Below are positions 35,601 through 43,443 of a DNA stretch of 64,000 nucleotides, one piece after another. The translations under genes were made by a program, and so were the position numbers. The DNA comes from an uncultured virus (IMG/VR IMGVR_UViG_3300013120_000767) (taxonomy: Duplodnaviria; Heunggongvirae; Uroviricota; Caudoviricetes). The DNA is taken from positions 1-64,000 of IMG/VR virus record IMGVR_UViG_3300013120_000767; one strand, written 5' to 3'. Position 1 is the stretch's first letter. The number at the start of each line of letters is the position of its first letter. The notes beneath the pieces are model-generated. The model worked only from the letters and a program-made list of their open reading frames with translations. It was not told the DNA's origin and ran no database searches.

Positions 35601-36155
35601 CCTTCCGAGTCCGTAGACGTGGATGTCAACGGGGTGACCACCAACGTAGCCAACTACTACGGCGCCGCCGCAGTGGGTGGCTACGCATTGGCCCACAAGG
35701 TTGAGTTCCCGTTCTCGGGGTACACCATCCCCGGCTTGTTGCACGCGTACGGGACGGACGACCTGTTCCCCGACCTGGACCGCATTACCGGGCTGTTCTT
35801 CCTTATGAATGGGGACGCAGAGGGGACGGTGGAGGTCTGTCGACAGTTCACCACGGACACTTCGGCGGTGAAGAACTCCGAGTTCTCAGTCACTTCGCAG
35901 TTGGACTCTTTGGCCCTCCGGGTCAGGAGCGCCCTGCGCAACTGGCGTAAGAAGAACACGGGGGACGCTACCCTGGGTGCGCAGAATACGGAGGTCGCAG
36001 CGGCCATTGAAGCGTGGGCGACCGCCAGGGAGGGGGTATCGGGGAGGATTGAGGACTTGAGCAACCACGCCACCCTCATCAACGTGCACAACATTATTCT
36101 AGAGGCGAACGTGTTCATTCCGCTGGGCGGAGTGTTCGTGTACATCATTGCATAG
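32649..36155 (+). CDS. contractile tail sheath protein (extended)
   Basis: LLVGPA N-terminus; IIVPLTDD, NYYGAAAVGG and RQFTTD...EFSV C-terminal sheath-like motifs; followed by a tube-sized gene. Confidence 0.75.
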   Translation: MAVNKLTYGGVQITFGIQAATPVITAPRKNLLLVGPAYYVVEAFDSDGAFDVDALLSGPATLIGSTAMENPGGHTGSIFVNGAETQVSFAAGTWSIGQVVAKLNADVTGITAFIVNTTFLGIRTTRTGASASLRVTGGIAADFGLTAGEMTYGYGSYTEQRIEAPFTTLPDPRGILDQCVLDESSISVYANMAGTTFTFDEDTAFERNGYYRPSSKRLLDENAVAVVVGGYSPYSWSATTLRPWDPEGGFVTKFWGPGDDAIGYVLATPVDAVNGFKVQAKGVLDAVDGSYLTGQIGDYHGAAGNNVNLVVTVGAGPDATVVAVVGNQITITITGTQTLADVIAAIEAHAVASDMVYVELLTGAAGTTAVTLWDGTVELYLGGGEDPLSFAGADGTNEPGGEFLVIGDHSNSIAPIAMATGDYIDLAVEGGIRTRVTFQDADDIDDVITAINAAFPGITIAAKDGTGNFLVLTGPTTAVDLLGFKSSLVIYGSNCLNKLFIKDTILAVATKLGTTATTLVVAAADAGGVVEGDTVRLNGGTATATILRIVVDGTDLVLHLDQPTTSFLPIIGEGITYRDIDIISQLAASNFTGHRHHGAPYMAQVDDRLWAQGTVQSVLLSSNTTITTVGDVVAAQQSFTFAALETGSIFGLTDTFVYWYLEARGCEDSTGATKPFPSILIDSTEDLITLYNDVIVDSYGRSPVNPSYNLYASYSALRLDISPTYARDRTKISGAADLLDKLDPIAPLENPLGWAAYMAMLASGGLYEFYVLGVPSDDVAGYLACVPIMEKYPDWIIVPLTDDSVINQVLGSFISTMALPESRREAVTLLTSDIPDEEYSTTLGSGANCLDNELGAETTLIFDQSLFSLAAVLTAGGIDPETLTTADGVYLQVSGGGASSAEALHKYLVSSVDTDANTALVILVFGATENTDAFYSTETPPVVSGADVSLYQRGDAIDADDTDAMLEALQAEAATFASRRICLLPSESVDVDVNGVTTNVANYYGAAAVGGYALAHKVEFPFSGYTIPGLLHAYGTDDLFPDLDRITGLFFLMNGDAEGTVEVCRQFTTDTSAVKNSEFSVTSQLDSLALRVRSALRNWRKKNTGDATLGAQNTEVAAAIEAWATAREGVSGRIEDLSNHATLINVHNIILEANVFIPLGGVFVYIIA

Positions 36156-36167
36156 GGAGGACACAAC

Positions 36168-36848
36168 ATGGCGCGACAGGATAGCTGGAACCCGCTGACC
36201 AAGACGGTGCAAGGCGGGATGAAAGAAGGCAAGCACGCCTCGGCAACGTTCACGTTGCTGGGCTCCGGGCCACCGCACTTGGCGGACATCACGGACAACA
36301 GCAATATTGCCGACTCCGTGTTCCCCATTGGGCTGGCGCAGGACTTCTCCTGGGGGCAAACGAAGGGGGTGGCCCGCTTCTACGAGATCGGCTCGAAGCG
36401 CAGCTACGTAGTTTTCGGCCACACGGCCGGAGGGGTGACTCTCACGGATGTGTACTACTCCGGACCCAATATCATGAGGAAGCTGTTCGCCGTGTGGCAA
36501 GATAAGGACAGTCAGCAACTGTTCACCACCACTTCACAGACGGCGGAGCCGAATCCGGCGTACGGGTTACCGACTATCGCCCCGGGGTACAACAACTACC
36601 TCTACAATCTCGAGTCGGACTTCTTCGATCGGTGCTTCGGGTTGTTCATGCAAATCTATGACAACCTAGGGAACCTGCTGGTGAAGTCCTACTTCGAGGA
36701 GGCCGTGACACCGTCCTACAACTTGGGTTTCAATGCCCAGGGCGTCATCATTCAGGAGTCGGTGACTATCGACTATGAGCGGGTGATGCCGGTGGATGGA
36801 GTTGACTACGAAGACTTGATGCAGGGTATCCTGGACACTCCCTACTAG
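36168..36848 (+). CDS. tail tube protein
   Basis: PIGLAQDF, RFYEIGS and IIQESVTIDYER motifs; directly after the sheath; GGGAGG RBS. Confidence 0.75.
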   Translation: MARQDSWNPLTKTVQGGMKEGKHASATFTLLGSGPPHLADITDNSNIADSVFPIGLAQDFSWGQTKGVARFYEIGSKRSYVVFGHTAGGVTLTDVYYSGPNIMRKLFAVWQDKDSQQLFTTTSQTAEPNPAYGLPTIAPGYNNYLYNLESDFFDRCFGLFMQIYDNLGNLLVKSYFEEAVTPSYNLGFNAQGVIIQESVTIDYERVMPVDGVDYEDLMQGILDTPY

Positions 36849-37369
36849 GGCCCCCGCAGCATTGAGGAAATAGTAGGAACTCCGTACATCGCGGCAACAG
36901 CGCTCCCCTTGTGCTCCAACCAAATGATAAACTCTTCCGGCCCTACCGCCAGGTAGTGGGTAGTGTCGCCTCTTCTTCCCTTCTCAGTGACTGCAACGTC
37001 CCTACCTCGGCAGGTAAAAGTCAGCCCCTTAGGCAGCCCGAAAGCAGCCCCGTAAAAAGCCCCGGGAATAGCAGCCAGTGAAGGTTGGGGCACATCCTCA
37101 AATACCTCGGAGGAGAACCGGGAGGGGGTCTTCAGTACCACAGTGTTGGCATGAACGTTCTCCTTCTGGAATAGCGCCAATACTCGCTGGGGGGAGAAGG
37201 CTTCCCGCTTCTCCGGCGGCATCTCCACGGTCAGCAAGCCGTCTTCAATGGTGAGAGTGACGAACCCCCAGTGCTCCAGGAAGTATATAAGGGCGACGAC
37301 GTTATGGTCGTCTTCCTGGTAGAACTTCAGTAAAGTACCGGACTTGAGGGCTTGAAGCAGGGGGATCAT
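36845..37369 (-). CDS. hypothetical protein co-transcribed with groES-groEL
   Basis: ATGA overlap with the groEL stop; its TAG shares a CTAG palindrome with the tube-gene stop. Confidence 0.6.
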   Translation of the reverse strand: MIPLLQALKSGTLLKFYQEDDHNVVALIYFLEHWGFVTLTIEDGLLTVEMPPEKREAFSPQRVLALFQKENVHANTVVLKTPSRFSSEVFEDVPQPSLAAIPGAFYGAAFGLPKGLTFTCRGRDVAVTEKGRRGDTTHYLAVGPEEFIIWLEHKGSAVAAMYGVPTISSMLRGP

Positions 37370-39003
37370 TTTTTGTTTCCACGTTGCACAATCATGGCCT
37401 TAGTGTTGCCCAAAGTGGTGGCACAACTGAACGCAATGCGCAGCGCCGTCAGGGGGACCAGGGCCGGTTCCCAAATCTTCGTTTTGTCTAAGTTCGCGAA
37501 CTGCATGGTGCTGATGTCGACGCCCCAATTGGGCCGCTTTTCGCGTAGGAAGCGCCCCATCATATCAAAGGTGTCGTGTCCGGGTTCCCCGCCTTCCAAG
37601 GCGTTGGCGATGAGCAACTCCACTGGGCGGGTTACGGTCTTCAAAAAGATTTCCTTGGCCCGTACGTCGTTCAGCCCTTTGGGTTCGATGCCCCTGACTG
37701 CCTGAAGCATGACTTTGAAGGCGCAGCACCCGCCGGGGAGGATGCCCCCCCGTAGGGCCGCCATGCAGGCGGAGATACCATCCTCGACCAAGAAGCGGTG
37801 GGCTGCCTTCTCTGCGTTGTTGTACCCAGGTACGAATACCGACCCTACGCCGCCCGCTAGTTGCGCAATTCGTTCTTGGTACCTCTTACGCTCGTGGGGG
37901 TTGTCTTCTGCCGCCTGTTTGAGGCTGGCGATGTGGGCCTCCACTACTTCCTCTTCTCCGCCAGCGTCGAAGAGCACCGTGCGTTTGTCCGAGATGAGGA
38001 CCCGTCCGGCTTTCCCCAGGTGCTCCATGACGTCGTTGGGGGTAAACTCCCGGATGTCCTTGCCGTGATTGGTGGCGAACAGCCTCCCGCCGGTGGCGAG
38101 GGCGATGTCCTCCAGCATGCGCAAGCGGCGCTCTCCCGACCCCGGCGCCCGGATGGCGCAGGAGTGGACCCGGCCCTGCTTTCGGTTAATGATCATCATC
38201 CCCAGGGCGTTGCCGACTATATCGGGCGCAATCAGCAATAGGGGTTGGCCGATGTGGTCTACGGTTTGCAGGATGGGTAAGACTTCCTCCGCTTCAGCCA
38301 GGGTGTCGGCGCTGACAAACACCAGGCACGCCTCATCTGGTTGGCCCCCAAAGTCAATCTTGCCGGCCTGGTCATCCTGGACCAGGAAATGCGAGGAGGC
38401 GTACCCCCGGTCGAATATCATCCCTTGGGTGACTTCGTAGTACGGCTCGCCGGAAGGGGAGTCTTGGAAGGCTACCACACCATCCCTCCCCACGGCATGA
38501 ACCGCTTCGGCCACAAGCGTGCTGAGGACCTCGTCACCGTTGCAGGCGATAGTCGCGACCGCTTTCAGGGTGCCCAGTTTGTTCTCGATAGTGACGATGC
38601 GCTCCTTCACCGCGTCCGTGGCTACATTAAAGTACCTACGCAGGTGCGCTAGAGTTTCCCTGTAGTCCCGCCCTGTCAATTGGAGCAGCTGCCGAGCTAA
38701 CTCCACTGCCAGGATGACTGTAGTGGTGGTCCCATCCCCGATGAGGTTGTTCATTTCCATAGCCGCTCCGACTACGGTTTGAATGGCCGAGTTTTCGACG
38801 GGGTCTTCCGACCACACATGGCGGGCTACGTTAACACCATCCTTGGTGTAGGTGGGTTGCCCAAGCTTCATTTGCAGACCGACAAACTGACCGGCGGGGC
38901 CGAGTGTGGTTTGCACCGTGCGGGACAGCAGGTCCAGGCCTGCAACCATGCGGTCTTTCGGTTCGAGAACGACAGCGACATCGGTAAGCTTTTCAATCTT
39001 CAT
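37366..39003 (-). CDS. groEL: phage-encoded GroEL-like chaperonin
   Basis: TLGPAG, TKDGV, GDGTTT, GMIFDRGY, APGSGERR..MLEDIA..TGG, QERIAQLAGGV and VEDG..GILPGG motifs; no GGM tail. Confidence 0.95.
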   Translation of the reverse strand: MKIEKLTDVAVVLEPKDRMVAGLDLLSRTVQTTLGPAGQFVGLQMKLGQPTYTKDGVNVARHVWSEDPVENSAIQTVVGAAMEMNNLIGDGTTTTVILAVELARQLLQLTGRDYRETLAHLRRYFNVATDAVKERIVTIENKLGTLKAVATIACNGDEVLSTLVAEAVHAVGRDGVVAFQDSPSGEPYYEVTQGMIFDRGYASSHFLVQDDQAGKIDFGGQPDEACLVFVSADTLAEAEEVLPILQTVDHIGQPLLLIAPDIVGNALGMMIINRKQGRVHSCAIRAPGSGERRLRMLEDIALATGGRLFATNHGKDIREFTPNDVMEHLGKAGRVLISDKRTVLFDAGGEEEVVEAHIASLKQAAEDNPHERKRYQERIAQLAGGVGSVFVPGYNNAEKAAHRFLVEDGISACMAALRGGILPGGCCAFKVMLQAVRGIEPKGLNDVRAKEIFLKTVTRPVELLIANALEGGEPGHDTFDMMGRFLREKRPNWGVDISTMQFANLDKTKIWEPALVPLTALRIAFSCATTLGNTKAMIVQRGNKK

Positions 39004-39298
39004 GGGTGCTTGCGACCTCCTCGAGTTTGGCAATCAAGTAACTGTAGCGAATAGCGAAACGTGTCTCCCCTTCTCGGCTGCGGATGCGGATTCCTCCTAC
39101 CAGGGAGGCCAACACAACATCTCCGGCGGAGACCGGCAGCTCCTCCCAACCCTCCGGCCCGAAGATTTTGCCGGCGGAGACCACCCTCATGGTGACGGCA
39201 AGGGCCTCCATGAACTTCGTCTCATCCGGCATTTCCAGGGTGATTCCAGCCTGAGGAATGTACCGTTCGACAATGACCCAATCGTAGAGAGCTTGCAT
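38993..39298 (-). CDS. groES: phage-encoded GroES-like co-chaperonin
   Basis: MQALYDWVIVER (cf. PLHDRVIVKR), VVSAG and LPVSAGDVVL; ~100 aa directly upstream of groEL; AAGGGAGG RBS. Confidence 0.8.
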   Translation of the reverse strand: MQALYDWVIVERYIPQAGITLEMPDETKFMEALAVTMRVVSAGKIFGPEGWEELPVSAGDVVLASLVGGIRIRSREGETRFAIRYSYLIAKLEEVASTHED

Positions 39299-39317
39299 CC
39301 TTCCTCCCTTGTCCACT

Positions 39318-39347
39318 CATATAACAACTGCCACGTACGAATGTCAA
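39318..39347 (-). promoter_or_regulatory. sigma70-type promoter for groES-groEL
   Basis: Minus strand TTGACA-N18-TATATG with TG upstream. Confidence 0.6.
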
Positions 39348-39368
39348 GAAAGTTGTTAAACATTTCCC

Positions 39369-39397
39369 TTTACAGGAAGTTCCAAGCAAGCTATATT
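39369..39397 (+). promoter_or_regulatory. sigma70-type promoter (divergent from groES)
   Basis: TTTACA-N17-TATATT upstream of a TAAGGAGGAGG RBS. Confidence 0.65.
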
Positions 39398-39430
39398 ACC
39401 CCCGTGACAGACCTTAAGGAGGAGGCGTAA

Positions 39431-39952
39431 ATGGCTGAAAAACACAAAGTACCGAAGAAGCCGAAAAGGAAGAAGAGAAAAACCCCCAGCGTCGATCCCA
39501 CCAAGATGAGGGTGCTCCCGGGAGGGAGGGCAGGGCCCCCTGGAGGCCCTCCGGGAGCACCTGTGCAGGAATCGCGGGAAGCGCGCACGCTGAAGATGCT
39601 GGCGCTGCGTAACTTGGCTCGGGAGTTTGAGGGCAAGCCCCTGTACTTCCTGCCGGTAGACACCAACCCGTTGGCGGTGATGGGCCTCCTCCAAGCGACG
39701 CCGGCGGAGGAGGGGCTCAACCAGCAGACGAACATTCCCTGGTCGGTACTTGAGACATTCCTCCCATTGCCTCTTCTGGACGTGCCCGGGCGGACGGGGA
39801 TGTACTACCTTGTCGAAGTTGTCGGGAGGACCGCTGAGCGGGTGACGTTGACCTTCACTCGTAAGGACATCATTGACGAGTCCAAGATCCCCAAGCCTCC
39901 GCCGCAGAAAGCGCCTGAGGTGCCTGAGGAACCAAAGGAAAAGAAGGAGTAA
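39431..39952 (+). CDS. hypothetical protein with K/P-rich termini
   Basis: Strong RBS; 173 aa. Confidence 0.65.
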   Translation: MAEKHKVPKKPKRKKRKTPSVDPTKMRVLPGGRAGPPGGPPGAPVQESREARTLKMLALRNLAREFEGKPLYFLPVDTNPLAVMGLLQATPAEEGLNQQTNIPWSVLETFLPLPLLDVPGRTGMYYLVEVVGRTAERVTLTFTRKDIIDESKIPKPPPQKAPEVPEEPKEKKE

Positions 39953-39954
39953 CC

Positions 39955-40557
39955 ATGCCAGACGACCAAGGAATTTTCCCCGGGCCGGACGAGCAGGAAC
40001 AATTGAACCAGTTGGCTGCCGAGGAAGAGGAGGAGGAGCCGTTTGCTGAAGGGGAGGCGGCAATCTCCGGGTTCTCCTTGCAGGCGGAGACTGGTTTCAA
40101 TTGGCGGGAGTTGGGCGGGTTGAAGCAGGCAGTGGAGTCCCGGTTGGAGCCCCTAGACTTCGGCGACGTCCTGACCGGGGCGGCCACTCAGGTAGTCGCT
40201 ATCGTTCCCGGCAAGTTGGACGTCACCTACCGAATGTCTTCTACCGGGCATCGAGGGGCCATCGTGACCGCCATGCAGGAGAAGTTCGGGCATGCCGGTG
40301 TTATGTCTCCGGAGGGAGCATTCCACCAGCAAATCTTCCGCCTCTGTTGTGGCTTGGCTGCAATTGCGGAGGGGGAACTCCCCGACCCATTGCCGGACAA
40401 GCTCAAGCAGCAGTTCAGCAAGAACGTTCTGGACGGAAACATCAAGGCTATTTTGTCCTTGCCGGACCCGGTCTTCTGGCTGGTGTGGTTCAACTTCACC
40501 TGGTTCGAAGTTCGTGTGCAGGAGACATTGACTTTGGAGGCTTTAAAAAATGGGTAA
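39955..40557 (+). CDS. putative tail assembly chaperone (gpG-like)
   Basis: Acidic 200 aa between tube and tape measure; ends in a slippery sequence. Confidence 0.6.
   Translation: MPDDQGIFPGPDEQEQLNQLAAEEEEEEPFAEGEAAISGFSLQAETGFNWRELGGLKQAVESRLEPLDFGDVLTGAATQVVAIVPGKLDVTYRMSSTGHRGAIVTAMQEKFGHAGVMSPEGAFHQQIFRLCCGLAAIAEGELPDPLPDKLKQQFSKNVLDGNIKAILSLPDPVFWLVWFNFTWFEVRVQETLTLEALKNG
40542..40551 (+). promoter_or_regulatory. programmed -1 frameshift slippery site
   Basis: GCT TTA AAA AAT GGG TAA contains the in-frame heptamers T-TTA-AAA and A-AAA-AAT; the -1 frame is open to 40973. Confidence 0.7.
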
Positions 40558-40973
40558 ACACTCCCATGGGATGGGCCAGGCTCCAACTCTTCTTTGAGAA
40601 GACGTCGTTGCCTGCCCATGGGAGTGAGGCGGAACTACCCATGCTCCTGTACGTGATGGAGCGGAACAACATCTACCGCAGGTTGTTGTTCATGTTTGCC
40701 TCGCTGCTAGGAGGGAAGGATAGAGCTCGTGGGTTGGGGGACCACATTGATGAGGTCCTCCACCTTGTGGACGAAAAGGAGATTGGAGCTAAGTTGAGGC
40801 AGCAACGGAAACTTTTCGGTGCTTGGACCGAACAAGACCCATTTGAAGTACATAAGTTGCCGACATTGGATGAACTAATGCGGGCAGCTCGTCAACGGGA
40901 ACGGGCTCAACGAAGTCGCTACGGCGGCAAACTTAAGGGATTAAAGGACTCAATGCTCCCGGAGGGGATATGA
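40545..40973 (+). CDS. -1 frameshift extension of the tail chaperone (gpGT-like)
   Basis: KKWVNTPMGWARLQLFF...MLPEGI; no clear RBS of its own; its stop overlaps the next ATG. Confidence 0.6.
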   Translation, partial: KKWVNTPMGWARLQLFFEKTSLPAHGSEAELPMLLYVMERNNIYRRLLFMFASLLGGKDRARGLGDHIDEVLHLVDEKEIGAKLRQQRKLFGAWTEQDPFEVHKLPTLDELMRAARQRERAQRSRYGGKLKGLKDSMLPEGI

Positions 40974-41296
40974 GACTTTTCGTTAGCAGAATCAGGAATG
41001 AGCTGGAGCTTGAGACTGGGAGGTACCTGAACATTTTGGTTATTTCCGACGGGGAGACAGAGGTGGACGTTCCTGTTGCAGATGATGTCTTTGAGCACGT
41101 AATGGTTACGTTCCGGGAAGGGATGGGCAATATATCCAATCCAGCCAACGACCGCCAACGCCCAGCTAAACCGGAAGTAGGAGAACTACCCGGCTCCGAC
41201 CTGTCCATCCCTGATTTGGGTTCTTTGGCCCAGGAAGACGAAGGGCGGGAAGATGGCGAGGAGTGGATAATTTCCGAGGAGGAGAAAGATGGTTGA
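40970..41296 (+). CDS. hypothetical acidic protein
   Basis: GGAGGGG RBS; ATGA overlap. Confidence 0.6.
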   Translation: MRLFVSRIRNELELETGRYLNILVISDGETEVDVPVADDVFEHVMVTFREGMGNISNPANDRQRPAKPEVGELPGSDLSIPDLGSLAQEDEGREDGEEWIISEEEKDG

Positions 41297-41537
41297 TCGC
41301 ACCGAGAGAGACGGATTTAACGTAGTCAGCGTCACGGAGGTCCGTATTTACTCCGCGAGCTATGTTGACGGCGTTGGGAAGATGCAGGTGATGCCGGTGG
41401 CCGTTATTGACGGCGAAGTGGCGAAGTTCAAGGATGATCAGTTGGTTATCGACCGCCGCGCCACCCCTGAATTCATCGTTGAAGGAGTGAAGGCCCATGT
41501 CGAAGCCCTCTCCGAAGAAGGCGACGAGGAAGTGTAA
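41289..41537 (+). CDS. hypothetical protein
   Basis: GAGGAGGAG RBS; 82 aa. Confidence 0.6.
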   Translation: MVDRTERDGFNVVSVTEVRIYSASYVDGVGKMQVMPVAVIDGEVAKFKDDQLVIDRRATPEFIVEGVKAHVEALSEEGDEEV

Positions 41538-41721
41538 AAAGGCCGTCTTTGTCGGGCTGCGCGTTACGGCGGACACCGACAGGTTCCTCAAAGAGATCGC
41601 CACTCGGGCAGGTACATCCAAGTCGGGTGCTATCCGAGGGTTGATCAAGGGAGTGATGGGAGTACTGCTGCGGAGAGCCCATGCGCGTCGACAAAAAGAG
41701 GCGGGGGCGGGGAATCCATGA
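41497..41721 (+). CDS. ribbon-helix-helix (CopG/Arc-like) DNA-binding protein
   Basis: VFVGLRVT-ADTDRFLKEIATRAG-TSKSGAIRGLI pattern. Confidence 0.6.
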   Translation: MSKPSPKKATRKCKKAVFVGLRVTADTDRFLKEIATRAGTSKSGAIRGLIKGVMGVLLRRAHARRQKEAGAGNP

Positions 41722-42145
41722 GGTTCTGGGGGTAGTCGCCGCTGCTTTTGCTTGGGGCGCTACCGAAATCCATGTCCTGCCGGATAAGTTTCAACTTGAG
41801 TTGAGAGCAACGCCTGCGAAGGACACTGTGCGTTCCTTGGAGGACCTCTTGGGGCTGCGGGAGATCACCGCCGTCCGCCTCACCAAGGAGGCGGTCGAGG
41901 ACCTACAGGGAGTATTTGCCTTTTGCGCCGACCGCGGCTACTTCCTCGTCCGGATCTATGTGCGCAATGTGCCCAGCTTGTTCCAATGGGCGGGGCTCCG
42001 CCCGGCGGCTACCTTGATGGGTGTTCCCGTTGCCCCCTCTGACCAGTTGGAAAGGGGGAGCATCGTTTTCGCTTTGTCCAAGGTCCCGTACGGCCCGCTC
42101 AGTACGGTGAATTTCCTATTGAAGGGGGAGTACTATGAGGGATAA
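41681..42145 (+). CDS. hypothetical protein
   Basis: 154 aa in a coupled run of genes. Confidence 0.55.
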   Translation: MRVDKKRRGRGIHEVLGVVAAAFAWGATEIHVLPDKFQLELRATPAKDTVRSLEDLLGLREITAVRLTKEAVEDLQGVFAFCADRGYFLVRIYVRNVPSLFQWAGLRPAATLMGVPVAPSDQLERGSIVFALSKVPYGPLSTVNFLLKGEYYEG

Positions 42146-42545
42146 AGTGGCAACATTGCGTAGAGCGCTGAAGAAGCTCAACGTGAGCGGTTTGCGGGTG
42201 CTCTACAATGAGAAGCGCAGAATTGTCAAGTTGGAAATGGACCGGATCGACCGGATACCCGGCGGCGTGGTAATGGCCGGCACCATGTCCCGAAAAGGGA
42301 AAAAGCTGATGATTGTCATCCCCTTTGACCGGTTGGACCTGGCTATCCAAGGGACGGCCCGCCCCCCCGGGAAGTACCGCACCCGCCGAATCGACATGGG
42401 TGGGGGCCGCTTCGTCCTGGGCGAGTTTGTTGAGCTGAGGACAGTCGGCGTCGAAGTCGAAGGCTGCTTTACCCTGGACTACTTGACTGCCGACGGAGCC
42501 ACCCGAGTGGCCGGCACCGTGCCCATCAAAGAAGGGGAGGTGTGA
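42135..42545 (+). CDS. hypothetical basic protein
   Basis: GGGGGAG RBS; 136 aa. Confidence 0.55.
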   Translation: MRDKVATLRRALKKLNVSGLRVLYNEKRRIVKLEMDRIDRIPGGVVMAGTMSRKGKKLMIVIPFDRLDLAIQGTARPPGKYRTRRIDMGGGRFVLGEFVELRTVGVEVEGCFTLDYLTADGATRVAGTVPIKEGEV

Positions 42546-43057
42546 TGGTTTCGCCAATTCCTCGAGTTATGATACAGCTGGTATTCGGGAGGGATGAGGA
42601 CCGGGCCTACCCGTTGGTGGATTTGACCTTTTGGAGCGGGCACGACGTCATGCAGCAAACGGAGCTTACCACCAGCAGCTACGGGGTGTGCACCAAGTGC
42701 CACGGTGCCGTGGTTGACTACGTTTGCGTATGCTGCTACGAGACCTTCCACCCGGCGACGGATGAAGAAGAGGCGTGGGAGGGGTTGTTGATTACCGGGG
42801 GCAAGCGGTATGTAGCCTCCGAGCTCGCCCGCATCTGGGAGACCATCGCTGAAAAGACCGGAAGGGCGTCCGACGTCTCCTCTATGTACTTGCCGTTCAA
42901 CGTCAGGGAAGAAGAGGAGATGATGGAGGCGGCCCGCCGGCACCCGGACGAGCTCATGGAGATGGGGTCATATCGGGTGTACGAAGCGGACCAGATCGAG
43001 CGGGACTTGCAGGGGCGGTCCCTTTCTTCTCTGTTCGAAATGTTCTTGGAGCTTTAG
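42542..43057 (+). CDS. hypothetical protein with a Cys cluster
   Basis: CTKC...CVCC; GGGGAGGT RBS. Confidence 0.6.
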   Translation: MMVSPIPRVMIQLVFGRDEDRAYPLVDLTFWSGHDVMQQTELTTSSYGVCTKCHGAVVDYVCVCCYETFHPATDEEEAWEGLLITGGKRYVASELARIWETIAEKTGRASDVSSMYLPFNVREEEEMMEAARRHPDELMEMGSYRVYEADQIERDLQGRSLSSLFEMFLEL

Positions 43058-43371
43058 TGGATCGCCGCCAATTACGGACTTTGCTGGCCGAAGTTCAGAA
43101 AGCTCAGGAGAAGGCTCAGCTGTATCAGCTGCTGATCAACTACCTGGGGGAGCTGTCTGATGGGATGGGGGGGCCCGAGGCGGAGGCTTCCTTCCTTGGC
43201 CGGGAAGTCATCCAAGAGGTCATCCTGGAGTTGCGGGACCGCAAAGAGCTCCTCGCTGAGGTGGCACTTTCCGGGTCCGAGCCTCGCCGTAAAACCCCCC
43301 GTAGGAGGGCGGCGAAGTCTCCCCCCAAGAAACCTCCGGAAGGGGGCAGAAAACCTCCCCCCAAGAAGTAA
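43057..43371 (+). CDS. hypothetical protein with a K/P/R-rich tail
   Basis: TAGTG coupling; 104 aa. Confidence 0.55.
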   Translation: MDRRQLRTLLAEVQKAQEKAQLYQLLINYLGELSDGMGGPEAEASFLGREVIQEVILELRDRKELLAEVALSGSEPRRKTPRRRAAKSPPKKPPEGGRKPPPKK

Positions 43372-43382
43372 GCCCAAGAAGA

Positions 43383-43411
43383 TGGACACCCCTCCCTATT
43401 TCCGCTACACT
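43383..43411 (+). promoter_or_regulatory. sigma70-type promoter for the tape measure/baseplate genes
   Basis: TGGACA-N17-TACACT in the gap upstream of ATG 43444. Confidence 0.55.
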
Positions 43412-43443
43412 TAGCCTAAGAGTGCGCCCGCCGGGGAGAAGGC

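Noticed and set aside
37366..39298. Host chromosomal groESL marking a prophage boundary
   Set aside because: It is highly diverged from typical bacterial GroEL, lacks the GGM tail and is flanked on both sides by phage tail genes.
40101..40544. 5' part of ORF 40101..40973 as a real N-terminus
   Set aside because: It fully overlaps the chaperone gene in another frame; the -1 frameshift explains the open 3' part better.
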